A DNA stretch of 64,000 nt. It comes from Azolla caroliniana. Lineage: Eukaryota > Plantae > Polypodiophyta. The stretch is from NCBI GenBank assembly GCA_043228905.1, contig JBHGNT010000021.1, forward strand, positions 1,116,001 through 1,180,000, read 5' to 3'. The first letter of the stretch is position 1. Each line of letters starts with the position of its first letter. The position numbers and the translations under genes were made by a program. A model generated the notes under the pieces. It was not told the origin of the DNA. It made no database searches and worked only from the letters and a program-made list of their open reading frames with translations. Below, piece by piece: positions 1-13,079 of the stretch.

Positions 1-139
1 TAAAAAGCCTGATTCATTGGACTGCTCTCTCTCCCCACTATCATTTGAAAGCTTACGCCGTGGCAGTATTATCATTCTTTTAAGATACAAGAGAAGAAAT
101 ACAGAAACTGGGGGGAATACCGGTAAATGTGAATCATTT

Positions 140-530
140 ATCTATAGAAGCAACGCAGAAACAAAACCCTGGGGTTTTAGAGTAAATCGAGAAAGAAAAA
201 ACATGAAGAGAGAAAGAAACAAAAGGAGAGACAGAGAGAGAAAGGGAGAGAATACTGACAGGGGCGCGATTTGTGGAGAGGTTGGTTTGTTTGTTTGTTT
301 GTTTGTTTGTTTGTTTGTTTGTTTGTTTGTTTTTGCAGGGGAGGGAGACGGCCATGGAGCATGATGGAAGGAAGCTTTTCTTCTTCCCCTTTGCAACTGC
401 CATGTCTGCTCCGCCATTGTGCTGTGTACTGTGTACTCTTGAGGAAGGAAGGAAGCAAACGAAGAAGACAAGCAATAGGCCGCCCATTATATGGGCGGGC
501 GGACATACATATGCGTTGTTGCACGCTCAC
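140..530 (-). promoter_or_regulatory. Probable promoter/5' UTR of a minus-strand gene continuing off the left edge
   Basis: CT-rich minus-strand tract, TGGGC site-II-like motifs and the palindrome CCGCCCAT-TAT-ATGGGCGG at ~480-498. No coding exon is identifiable; inference only. Confidence 0.3.
285..332. repeat. (GTTT)n microsatellite
   Basis: Run of gttt units read directly; it explains the low-complexity ORFs at 17-543. Confidence 0.95.
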
Positions 531-531
531 C

Positions 532-791
532 CATAGTACTTAATATACTCGAATGAATCGGGAAACATTCTTTTTCATACGAATCCAAACCGAATGCGTA
601 TGTTATCAAAACATTCTTTATGTTTTTTTTTTACACTTTTTACCTTAAAATTTTTCTTACCTTATAATAAACAATGAATACAAAAGTATAAAGTATGGTA
701 TTTACCATACTTCGAGGGTGTGTACCATACCCGAATGGTTGAAGCATTCTCGAATGCGAATGGCCGTATGGTACGTATGGTTCATACTATG
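532..791. mobile_element. hAT-like MITE, copy 1
   Basis: Ends CATAGTA...TACTATG, flanked by ctcacc on both sides; the right ~100 bp matches 44951-45042. Confidence 0.65.
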
Positions 792-3700
792 CTCACCTTG
801 CACCCCTAGTTTAGGGCCTAGGCCTCATTCGGGTGGGCCAGGCCAGGCGGACATATGTGTTGTTGTTGCACCATGATTTGGGGCTCACTTGGGTGAGGCG
901 ACATACAAAGCTCGTGCACCTCCCCCCCCCCCCCGTCCAGAATCATGTGTCATCCCTCAATGTGAATCGATTGCCCCGCTATTGGAATGCTTTACATTCT
1001 CGATTGTTGTGATTTATATTTTTTAATGTTATCGTCCATGTAGTTGGTTTCGCGCATTTGATTCACCGTGTTTATTGATTGATGTTCTATCCCTATTGTC
1101 ATATAGTAAATGGACACCTGATGCAATATATCCATTCTCTTTGAGTTGAATGTACATCATATATTAAGTGGCATACTCGATTCTCCACCGATATGGGTGT
1201 GTACATATGTGCAAGCATCATTTTCAAATAGAGAGGTTTTTTATTGCATAACCACCCCCCTTCTTAGGAAGGTGATATGTTCATTTCATCCCATAGGTCC
1301 AATTTAGCCTTCTCATAGTGGACATACAAAGGAAAACACAACATGCTCATATTTCCTTTAAGGTCACAATGGTCTACATAGGGATGGTGCCCACAACTTC
1401 TCTATCTAAAGCTAAGTTATAAAGGATCGTACATAGTTCGGAGCTTTGCCTTCAACCTTCGTGGTCCCTCTTCCTTTGCTCTTCATGCTCGTCTTTCATA
1501 TGGTTTCCGACCTCTTGCTTTTCTTTGAATTTCCACATTTCAATAGTTTACCAAGCCCTTGGTGGATTGATCGATGTCCTCATTTGAGTGACAGTGCACA
1601 ATTTATGTGAATGCATGCAAATCGTTTTGTGATCGAGTCTCCTTGCCATCACATAATTCTGGATATGTGCAAACTCATGATTGGCCAAAATCAATAATGC
1701 AATCAAATGATGTAGTAAGTCTTGGCAGTCCTATAAAATTGTAGACTCACAAGAAATAGCCCAAGAAGATATTTTGGTTGTTCAAATATGACATTTATAG
1801 GTTGTAGCATCAGTTGAAGAGACGACAAAAGATTTGTAAAGTGCTTGAAGAAGGCACATTGAAGCGTAAGACATGTATCCAAGAGTGTTTGATCAAGAAT
1901 GGGGATTGAATGTTGGTTTAGGACAATTGTGTTGGGGAACAATAAAATGTCATGGTTTGGAAGTTCGCAGAGCCAATTTTTGGCACATATGTTTATGTTT
2001 AGCTCATGCATCAAATTTCTAGAAACTTTACTTGAAAACCAATACAAATTTGACAAAATCAAAAGCATCAAGACTAGACATTAAGGAAGATAATGACATG
2101 AAGGATGAAATAGGCAAACAATAAGATAATGTTGTGAATATTTTAAGTAAAATCCTTAATTGCTCCTCTAATGTATTTGGTTATTATGTGTACTTCTATA
2201 TTGTATCGTTGGTGTGGCTATGAATGAGTCATTATACCTCCAAATCAAAACCTTCTAGCATGTCTACTTCATTATATTAGAAAGAATAAGGCTCAATGAA
2301 CCATCATCTAAGGAATGTTGATCATAGGGGCTCTAAATATATGCAAGTTCTTTTTGGAGGAAGAAACCCCTATAAAACAAATATGGTTGCCAAGACCAAG
2401 GATGAACCATCACAACAAGACATCCTACACATGTGAGATTTCACCATTCCAAAGACAAACTACCATAATAGTAAGCACATCGAGCATGTGGGAACTCTCG
2501 CCAATTTTGGGAATGTAAGTGGCTTCATTTTCTTCACAGTAGCTAGGTACACCCCCCTCCATGGGTTGATCTCTAACATCACGTCAAAGTAGCAATGTCC
2601 AAACTCTTGGCCTCAAAATCTAGTTGAATGTGCCTTTTGGGTAAATTCACATGCTAGTTAAGTTTTATGATCTTTCTCAACATGTATCATCGATTTGAGT
2701 GTTAAGAAACCTCTCCTTACTTGGCAAGAAGTTGCTTTGAGAGAAACCTCTTGGAAATCCACAACTCAAAAACATGAAAATGCAAGAAAAAAATGGGGTG
2801 ACTTTCATATGAATGTTTGGTCATGTCTTACACAGGCGACTCGTGCATATTGGCTTTTTGAGTGATAAATATTGATGGTAGCTTGGTAAGTTCCATGTTT
2901 ACAAGAAAACATATTTTGATATGTTAACATATCATCACATCACATGTTGTAAAGGGAAATGAAATTGTCGGTTCCATTTAGGGAATAAGCTAAATTATTC
3001 AATTCAATATGCTACGAATAAAACTCTTGCTAATAAATTTTATTTGTACTTTCAAAGGGTTTATATGCAAGAAGGGATGTTGAACCTTTTCATGGATGAC
3101 ATATTGAAGATTAAGTTGATGCCATTGTTAGCATCTACTAAGAGTTCTCTGGTCATAACTCTAATCCTACTAAGGTATGTGTACCAAGGGTTAGATAAAC
3201 TCATAATATAGAAGCATATGGTTTTTAATCTAGTGACAAGAGATCACATGATATGTTGTAAAGGAATTTAATGTTATCACAAATGATAAGATCAAATTAT
3301 ATAAATGCCTTACCATCATCCATGAAGGCTTACTCCATAAGAGTTGGGTTCGTGTAACATGAAATGTGCTTTAAGCCATAGGTAGGCACCCTTTCTTTAT
3401 CAACATCACATGATAACCCCAAGAGTTTCCAAAAACATTACGTTGGCAACTCAATACAATTGATGCATGAAGCACAACCACCAAGGATCTAACACTAATG
3501 TCAATAACAAGGTGATTATGTAGGTAAGGCCATGGAGCTCACAAGGTTGTCATTCACATTTGATGATAGAACACCATTAAAGCATATATAAAGAAGAGAA
3601 TTTGGAAGAACATGCAAGCATAGGCAAACATTCATATCTCACATGGTGCTCCTCCAAAGCAAAAGAGACTCAAATGTGAAACTCAAATCATCATGATGGA

Positions 3701-4795
3701 CATTGCCCAAACATCAAAATATGATATATGCACACATAAGCCCAATTCTCTAATGCGTGAAAAGATTTAATTTGATGTTATGAATATTCAGAGCTCAAGG
3801 AGATCAATCCAACAATTCCTCATTGAAACACACCTAACACTAAAAATAGAAAGAATAGAAATCATAAGTTCATATGTGACAAAAAAATAGCCAACTTGAA
3901 GCTCTTGATTTTGCAATATCCAACTATCATCTATTTGTTTTCTCATAAGTGGTGACTTCTAAAAGTGGATTTTATACCTTTGTATTGGATTATTTGGCTC
4001 ACAAAGTATCATTGTCTTCTTAGAGACAATGTCTACTAAGATGCACATCATCCACCTCAATCCATTTTCATGTTTCTCAACAAGCTAGAACCTTTGTGCA
4101 AATCGACATAAATTGTCCCTACAAACATTGTCATAAGAGTTGTATTGAAACCTTTAAAATGCCAATTAAAGCTCCAAATTACGAGTCACGATCATATACA
4201 GATCAAAACATTTTTTTTCTTACTGCATCACAAGAGTACTTTAGGCAAGGGTATATGCATAGAAGATGGGTTTGGTGATATAATGTGGGGGTGACTCCAA
4301 TACATGGTAGCATAAAGAGGGAGGTAGTTTGGAATGACACTATGTGGTTTAAACTTTACACCCCTACATGTTGGGTAAGTGAATGTTTAAACGTTCAATA
4401 ATATTCCTGCATTCATGTGCACATCCCTCATCATAACAACTTAAAGTCGGCATTTCACTTGCAAGAAAATTGAAATTGCATAATAACAGTTATTAAATTT
4501 CCTTGAAACCCTTTAGATAGAATTTGCAGTTGTAACACAGAGGAACTTAAAAGAATGAAAACTTAATATCATTCAAGCCCTTTAAAAAATCCTTGTTAAT
4601 GTCTCCAACATATGATACATATCCCAAGATATAAGGTAGTTTAACATATTCAACAAAGCATGAATAAATGAATCGTTCATCATTTCAGAAGCGAAAAGTC
4701 AGCAAAAATAAAGCCTCAATTAAATATTACTTTTTCCAATTAAAGAGTGAATCCTCTGTATAATAAACCTCGAGTAATGGCATTGCACGTCCACA

Positions 4796-6796
4796 TTATG
4801 CCAAGCCACCACTGGATGCAGTCCTTATGATTTGCAATATGGCTGCAAAATGCAGAGACATAATCAACTTATTTTTCTCCTTGCGACACCAATTGCTCAC
4901 AATTCAAATATTCTACTCAACTTCCCAAGCAAAATTTAATTGCTCGAATATTATTGCTTTCCATTAAAGCTTCTTACTGATATTAGTTTCTCAAATATCA
5001 TATTCCTTGAGAGTTTTTCCAGGGTGATCATTATGTTGCTTGAATATTGTATAGCATTTGAAAGTTTCAGCGCCATAAGTCATACTAAAATCTCAATGTT
5101 GCATACTTTTCAAATTTTACCTGAGCCAATGACTACAAAAATAAACAATCCAAGAACGAAAGGTCCAACAGGATAGTTGCCACCCTTCTTAATTGTTGTC
5201 TCGGGCACAGCTCCTCTCTTATGGATATTCTTTTGGAACTTTGCACTCTTCATGTTAGCCAATCGCTTGGAGGTCGTCTATTCACATTGCATAAATGAAG
5301 ATTCCATTAGAAAAAATTTGGTAAAATAAAAAAAGACACAATGCACAAAGCACAATGTGACGTTGTAATAATGCTAATTTGCAAACTTGATGAATCAACC
5401 AAGATAAATTTTAGTAGAGATAAAAAAAACAAATAGTAACAAACTATAAACATGATTGCTAATTATTTATTTGCCTTCCAAAAACAATAAATGGAGTCTT
5501 GGTCAAATAAACTATGCTTAAAGACAAATAACTGATAATTACACAAGACACGGTGTTCATATGTAGTTAGGATAAGGCAAAATGCATTGTTTGAAAGATA
5601 AATAAAATCATCCTATCCTTTTGGAATAACACATCCACATGCCCACACAAGGTATACCTCTCCCCTGTACACTTTGGCATAGTTTAATATACTCATATGA
5701 GAAATACAGCTTTCATACACAAATGCTACAATTCTTCGCTTGTTCTGGGAATTACAAGACCATAATGTACCAATGAGAATACAAATTGAAGCTTAATTCA
5801 CACATAAGTGTGGTGTCTTCATTGTTCATAATACTCTCAAGCCTCCATACTGGCCCAGGATCATATTTAAATATAACGAACTTTGGACTTCCCCTCCCAT
5901 GCATCAGAAACTTTTGGCCACAAATCCATTCCTTTTAAATACTCTGAAACAGGAGATATAGGTAGAGTTGCATTAATTATCTTTTCTTACTAATAATCAC
6001 CATGAATGATCTCTCTGAGATGCAATAAACTCATCTAATATTTCTTTCGTCAGCAACTTCCATAGCATTATACACGATCTATTACATCATCTCTCCAAAT
6101 ATCCTACAGATATCCACTAATGACTTAACAATAACCTACAATCCTCTCTCCATGGTGGTTATGATTCCTGAAGTAGTTTTGATTTAGCCTTTGTGCATGA
6201 TCAATGACATCATCTTCACATGATCCATGCCATTAAGATGAACATATGACTCGTACCATCGTCTTTGCACACCCCCTCACATCATGATGTATACACTGGC
6301 AAACAACATTATTATATCTAAACGGGCATATAGCATCATTATCTCTACATGAACCATCACATCGTGAAAATCATATGTTCGATCTGTGCATCACATCATG
6401 TGAATCATATGTATGGTTCATCAATCACATCATGTATACATGCCTTATGGTATCATCTCTCCAAATATGAAAATTTGGGCAAAGTATCACATTTAGAACA
6501 ATGAAATATAGGTATATTCCTTCTAATTTCACATCCATCTTATATCTGCATACAATCAGAATCCACATAAACAAAACTGTGACAACAGATCTCACATCTT
6601 TGCGCCATCAGATACACACAAAAAATCAGACAGATATCTTTCTACGGAGATGTTTCGAAATCTCAAAACCCTAAACAAAAATAATAGAGAACAGAGACTT
6701 ACGACAATTCTTAAGTATGTCCTAGAAAACATTATACAAGACAGAAGACAAACGAAGAAGAAGCAGCAGCTTATAGGTCAGAAAGAAATTTACCAT
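4796..6796 (-). CDS. RAMP4: RAMP4/SERP1-family ribosome-associated ER membrane protein, 68 aa; exons 6796-6794 (ATG), 5277-5121, 4842-4796
   Basis: Manual splicing at GT-AG sites gives MTTSKRLANMKSAKFQKNIHKRGAVPETTIKKGGNYPVGPFVLGLFIFVVIGSAILQIIRTASSGGLA*, the plant RAMP4 pattern (MTTSKRLA...KNI.KRG.VPET...YPVGP..LG.F.FVVIGS...QIIRTA). Start context is gccaccATG|gt. Absent from the ORF track. Confidence 0.95.
6666..6674 (+). promoter_or_regulatory. Telo-box (AAACCCTAA) near the 5' end of RAMP4 intron 1
   Basis: Exact motif, with a TGGGCC site II motif upstream at ~7264. This pairing is typical of plant translation-related genes; function is inferred. Confidence 0.4.
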
Positions 6797-6899
6797 GGTG
6801 GCGATGGAGACGAAAGGAAACCAGGCAGGGGAAGGAGGGGGCAAAGGAAGGAAACGCCTGTGAAGCCTGGGAAAGCAAAGAGATGGAAGACGAAGAATT

Positions 6900-6917
6900 T
6901 GTGTGTGTGTGTGTCTG

Positions 6918-6958
<41 letters not shown>
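6900..6958. repeat. Compound (GT)n(AT)n(AG)n microsatellite in the RAMP4 5' region
   Basis: Read directly. Confidence 0.9.
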
Positions 6959-7530
6959 CTGTTTTCTTTGGACACACAAAAGTCAAGTCACGAAAGTCAT
7001 TGGTCTTGAATCTTGACTTTTAGCTTCCAAACCTTTTCTTTGATGGAGGCTTCATAGCCGCCGACTCAGGGAGACACACCCACAAACACACACATAGAGA
7101 GAGAGAGAGAGACCCAACTCTCGATTCTATGCCTCCCAGAGGTGCCCATAAATATCATGACGGTGCACCACTCAATGCCCATCTTGCATTTGGCCGTTGA
7201 CGGTGTGCCACTCACATGTGATCTTAGTGCACCTTTGAATTGGTCTTTGATGTGAGTATTGCATGGGCCCTTACTCTTTGACCTCACACTTAACAAGGCT
7301 TATCAACGGCTCTATGGCTAATGGATTACTCATCATATGTGCAAGCTTGCATTTCTATATGACTTTGAACTAGTCATGGAACACCCTTGTCCTCATCTTG
7401 ATCTTAAAAGCACCTACATTTTGTCTTATGCAAAAAAAGAAGGGATGATATGTAAAGTAACGCATAGTTTTCCTTGACATGCCCTCAAAGAGAAGTTATA
7501 TGTGTTATTTGTGAGATTCATTGCCAATTC

Positions 7531-7735
7531 ATTCCTTTTTCTTTTTCCAAAACTATACCATAGTTTCCATTACCAATCCAATAAGTGTATACAAAGCATA
7601 TAATGATACAATCTAGTGGAGGGTAAGATAGCAGGGGGAAAAGTAGAGCCCCCACTCTGTCATAAGGTAAAACAAACTCCACCTATGGAGGAAAGAATCG
7701 TCGAGGGGGGTAGATATTGGCAATTTATTCCTATT
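7531..7735 (-). mobile_element. Short LINE 3' end
   Basis: Matches 26510-26660 (tagtttccattaccaat...gatacaatctagtgg.gggtaagata...ctccacctatggaggaaa) and has an A-rich tail on the minus strand. Confidence 0.75.
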
Positions 7736-9012
7736 TTCACAATCATAATCTCTATTTGAGCAATTCTATTGTCACATTTGTGTCTCATATACTTTTAGAC
7801 TTGGAACACTCAACATTTCTTTGCATTACATGTAGCATTTGAGTTCATTGGATGGTTGTGGAATGGAAATCTTGTAAGTGGGGGGCGGGTCACGTCTATT
7901 TACAATATCTTAGTTGGAATACAATTATACTCTAATATCCTTTATGTGCAACAAGAGCTTGTAACCAAAAGTGTCACAATGGGCTTAACATATGTCATGT
8001 GTGTAATTGTATTACAATGATAGTTGAATTCGTTGAACATGGGTTCAAATTATGGATCTTGAGAGAGTGCAAAATTGTTCATATGGATGGAATGGTTGAA
8101 TACACATGTATTGAGTTAAGAATGAATCTAATGCAAAATATAAAAGGTTTTGGATGTAGTTCATAAATCCCACCATTCAGCATCAAAGTTTCATCCTGAT
8201 TAAACGGGCGAGTGTAGGACATAGAGCAAATCCAACATTATGCTATGAAATAGTTCTATTTTTGAAGGTCCATGCTCTTTAAAAGAAAGAGTTGTTGCAT
8301 GGGCCACCCACAATATGATCCTTGAGGATTAAATAGTACAACCTAAGCGGTCAAGTAGTGCATTATCCTATAACTACATAATGAAGCAAATACAAGAGAA
8401 GATAGATAGAAGTAGTTGATGTTGGTTAATCCTAATACATGAATGTTACAAAATGCTGTAATGTGCCTCATGGGTTTACAAATTGGCCCATGAATGTCCT
8501 TACACTAATCGGCTTACTACTTTAAAGGGCCATGATTTAAACACCCTACCTTTTCTTGATATTTTCTAGGTTTCTCTAGTCCTATCCTCTAATCATGCAA
8601 AATTACGATTTTGGTTACATGTCCCTTATTGGACAAGTTGTGTTTATTAGCCCAATTAGATAAAATAATTTTTAAATAATGATACAATCTGATTTGATTA
8701 AACAAGTTAATTATTAGAAGCAACCTAATTAGATACAAGTAATTAATTATGGTACCACCTAATTAGCTCAGACTAATTGATGATGATTCAACCTAAAGAA
8801 ATTATCGACTGACCCACTTAGGTCAAAGAAGTTAATTGTGATGTAATCCTAATCACAAACAAACTATAGGCAAGGTTCTTTTTAGCATTTGCTTCAAATA
8901 GCTTGGAGTCCAAATGAGACTCATTGTACGTTTACATCTACATGGTTGGATTAGAGTAGTTTCAATATTATGCAAAATAATACTATGTTATAATTGAAAC
9001 AATCCCGGAGAG

Positions 9013-9092
9013 GGATTTGTACATAATCGTCTCATTTGTAAAATTTTATAACTAATGGAAGGAGTTTTTTTTTTGGAAAAAAAAGAAAAAAA
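9013..9092 (+). mobile_element. 80 bp 5'-truncated LINE tail with 17 bp TSD
   Basis: Nearly identical to 42124-42197. Flanked by gaaacaatcccggagag (8996-9012) and gaaacaatccgggagag (9093-9109). Confidence 0.85.
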
Positions 9093-9143
9093 GAAACAAT
9101 CCGGGAGAGAGGAGAGCCATTTATCGGGGGTAGTGGCAGTAGA

Positions 9144-11790
9144 ATGATTTTCAGGTAAAAAAAGAGCCAAATATTGAAGCCTTTTATAATGACAAAGATT
9201 TTAGACCTATACAAGTGATGATGTAATTGTGTAGGAATGGCATGCCAGGATATGGATTTCGCGTGGAAAGAATTCTTCAAAGATCCTTCTCAATTCACCC
9301 ATCTTCAAAACAAAAAGGTAGTATAGTCGGGAATTGATTACTCTGTTTCTACCATACTCTGTTTTCTTTTTGTTAGAGTCTGTTTTTGTTGTTGTTGTTA
9401 TACTCTGTTTTTTTATCTCAGTACACTGTTTTGTTCTATACCAGAAGGGCTCTGATTTCATCCATAGAAAAGCAGGGGAAACTCTGTACATTCAAAGCTT
9501 CCTTAACCCTCAATGGGTTCAAGAGGAATTATCAAGAAGAAGTCTTATCTATGCAAAAACTGTAGAAGAACCGCATTTTCAAGACCATGCTGCCCTTTTA
9601 TCTACCATAAAAGCTTGTGGTAAATACAAGGACCTATCGAAAGGGAATCATATATACGAACATATTGCCCAAAGAGGGTTTCTTCATACTGATACCTATG
9701 TAGCCTCTGCCATGATTACCATGTATGCAAGATGTAATGCACTCTCCAAAGCACAACAAGTGTTCAATAACATCCCAGTTCAAATCCGGAATGTCGTCAC
9801 ATGGAATGCATTGATTAGTGGATATGTGCAACATGGGTTGTGTGAAGAAGCCTTGAATCTCTATAAAAGAATGCAAGAAGATGATTTGAAACCGGACTCA
9901 GTCACATTTTCTTGTGTTTTGAGAGCTTGTGGAAATATTGGAGCAATGAGAAAAGGTGAAGAAATACATGCCGAGGTCATGAAAATGCATGGATTGCTAG
10001 AAAAGAATAGTGTACTTAGCAATGCTTTGGTGGGTATGTATGCAAAATGTGGTGCACTAGCAAAAGCACGAGATGTTTTTGATAAGCTTCCTGCTCGGGA
10101 TTTAGTGTCTTGGAATACACTCATTTCGGGGTATACTCAACATAAGCTCCATGTAGAAGCCCTTCATTGCTTTGCAGAGATGCAAGATGAGGGATTTTCA
10201 CCTGATGCTATCACCTTTGCTTGCATTTTAAAAGTTTGTGGGAGCATAAAAGCAACTGAGAAAGGGCGAGAAATACATGCTGAGGTGTGTAAACGGAAAT
10301 TATTGGCCAGTAATGTCATGCTCGGGAATGCTGTTGTCAATATGTATGCAAAATGCGGGGTTCTTTCAAAAGCTAAAGAAGTGTTCGATGAGCTTCCTGT
10401 TCACAATGTAGTGTCTTGGAATGCATTGATTGGTGGGTATATCCAACACGGACTTTACAATGAAGCTCTCTTTTGCTTTGCTGAGATGCGAGACGAAGGC
10501 ATCTCACCAGATTCTGTCACTTTTCTCTCCATCTTGAAAGCTTGTGGTAGCATACGAGCAATTGACAAAGGAGAAGAGATACACGATGAGCTTATGAATT
10601 GTATCCCATCAGAGAAAACTGGTATTGTTCTTGGTACTGCTTTGGTAGACATGTATGCAAAATGTGGTAAGCTTTCAAAAGCACAGGAGGTTTTTGATGG
10701 TCTCCTGGTAAGAGATGCAGTCTCTTGGACTGCACTCATTGATGGCTATGGTCAACATGGGCTTGGCAATGATGCTTTGACATGCTTTGGAAGAATGCAA
10801 GATGAGGGCATCTCTCCGAATGCTGTGACTTTTGCTTCAATGTTGAAAGCTTGTGGCTGCATAGGGTTGCTCCAAAAGGGAAAACAAATACATGCTGAAG
10901 TGAGCAATCAAGGACTCGTAGAAAAGGATATTGTTCTTGGCAATGCACTGGTGGATATGTATGCCAAGTGCGGTGCATTGGCAAAAGCTCAAGAAGTGTT
11001 CGATACCCTTCCGGTAAGGGATGCTATCTCTTGGACGGCATTGATTACAGGCTATGCTCGGTATGGTCTCAGTGACAGATGTCTCTTGTGTGTTGACAAC
11101 ATGCAGGACACTGAGGGTCGTTACTCAGATGTGGTCACTGTATCCTCTATCTTGAAATCCTTTGGAACCATAGAGTCGACTCAAATGGAAGAAATACATA
11201 TTGAAGCTAATAGGCAAGGGCTCTTGGGAAAGTATGTGATGTTTGACAATGCATTCGTGGACAGGTATGTGAAATGTGGTCGTATTGGAAAAACAAGGGA
11301 AGTGTTCGATAAACTCAAGGTAACAGACACATTCTCTTGGACTGCATTACTTGCAGGTTATGCCGAACTTGGGGAGGCGAAAGGGGTGTTTTCATCATTT
11401 ACTAAAATGGCTGCCGAAGGTATAATGCCAGATGCAGTCACTTTTATTGTTCTTCTCATAGCCTGCAGTCATGCAGGTCTGGTGGAGGAAGGGAAGCTCT
11501 ATTTCGATCTTATGACTAATGGTTATGGTCTCACCCCAAGCTTAGAACACTACACTTGCATGATCGATCTTTTTGGAAGAGCGGGGCATTTCGAGAAGGC
11601 AGTTTATGTCATAGAGAAGGTTGCACCTTCTCATCGTAACCAATTATGGCTGGCCTTGTTGGGCGCTTGCCGGAAATGGGGAAATGTGAGGCTCGGTCAA
11701 TGGATCTTTGAGCATTCAGTAAAGTTGAATGAAAATGATGCTTCCTCATATGTATGCATGAGTAATATATATGCAACTCATGGAAAATGA
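9144..11790 (+). CDS. PLS-class PPR protein (PPR1), E-type without DYW; preferred model exons 9144-9154, 9235-9317, 9422-11790 (~820 aa)
   Basis: Repeating P (RDxVSWNALIxGYxQHG), L (PDxVTFxxxLKACG) and S (NALVDMYAKCG) motifs, then P2-L2-S2 (LIACSHAGLV, HYTCMIDLFGRAG) and E (WLALLGAC, YVCMSNIYA). The ORF-track start at 9334 is a TTG inside a T-rich intron. The PPR body is certain; the 5' exons are inferred. Confidence 0.92.
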
Positions 11791-11854
11791 CAAAGAGATA
11801 CAGGGGAACAAATAGAAAACAGAGCATTTATAGAAGACTATACTAACCACAATC

Positions 11855-12065
11855 GTTTGTTGTTGGATTTCAATATATTGAAGAAAATTCATGGAAGAAC
11901 AGACTAACCACTGATATCTATTGTTGGACTTTGATATATTGAAGATCCATGTAACACCACCAACCCTCACCGTATGTATTTTTGCACTTACACATATTGA
12001 AGAAGATGCGATGGAAGAATATACCAAACAACATTATTTATTGTTGGACCTCAATATATTGAAGT
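11855..12065 (+). repeat. Degenerate short repeats (ttgttgga...atatattgaag) in the PPR1 3' flank
   Basis: Copies at ~11858, ~11920 and ~12040, plus a partial copy at ~11995. Confidence 0.6.
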
Positions 12066-13079
12066 AGAGATTTGTATTTAGAATGCCCTTCTAGAGCTCT
12101 AGAACAAGGAAAGCAATGAAGGGAGGATTGCACGATATTTGCTGTATTGGTTTAAGTGGAATGATTTGGAACCAAATTGTAATTGTGGAGAGAAATAGAA
12201 ATTTTATTGCATCAATCCTTTCTAATTCATCAAACAGGTTGTTGATGTTTTCCATATCTAGCGACATTTTATGTTCTTTTTATGAGTCTCCAACACATTA
12301 CCTAGTCTTTACTGTCTTTTCAAAATCAGTTTGAAAATGCATGGTTGGAAGATTGGGGATGTTTGTCATGTTTTGAACCAATTAAATGTTGGGCCAATAG
12401 CATTACTTGGGAAGTAATTTTATCATTGAATGCATATTCAAGGGTCCTTGCATGTTTATGGTTTTGTGTTGGTTGATTTATCATCGATGTGTTTTTGCTC
12501 TTCTTTTTTAATAATTATAAACAACTTTTCTTGATGGACAACTGGGAGAAATTATCTCCATGTGATTGGGATTAGGAAAACAATTGACCCTTGTTTTTTG
12601 TATGGATCTATTGCACATATGACCAATCTGGTCTACCATATATTTGATGTAGTGTGACAATATCTCTTTTTCCATGGATTTTCAATCTTGAGAATATTGG
12701 TCATTGCCGAAGTATTTTAACTCGAAATCAATTGGTCATGTCTATAGTGTACACATCATGATTGCCTTCTACTTTATTTATTTGGCAAATTTGGGATATA
12801 TGTAAAGGTCTAGACTTCATATTATTGGCAACTATATGAATTATTTGGAGATTTGGTGGTGAATTCATGACCTAGTATCAATAACATAATAATATGAAAT
12901 AGTTTAGAGATTCACATGTTCCTTAGCTCAATACATTGATGTGCATGTAGTTTAGGTGAAGTGATACATAGTGTAACAAAGACATAAAAGTCGAGATTTG
13001 AAACCAGTCCCTTCTATTGCCAACCAATTACCTTGGAATGAAGCATCACAAATAAAAAATATTCAAACATTTGTCATGA

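Noticed and set aside
17-543. Six overlapping ORFs of 87-117 aa
   Set aside because: They are open largely because of the stop-free (GTTT)n and GA-rich tracts; no domain is recognisable.
1000-4600. Short ORFs suggesting genes (likewise 12100-12900, 35000-38000, 43000-45600)
   Set aside because: No splice-consistent reading or recognisable motif was found; probably very old TE debris, left unannotated.
9334-9421. Hydrophobic N-terminus of the 818 aa ORF as a signal or TM segment
   Set aside because: It has a TTG start and lies within a T-rich GT-AG intron (9318-9421).
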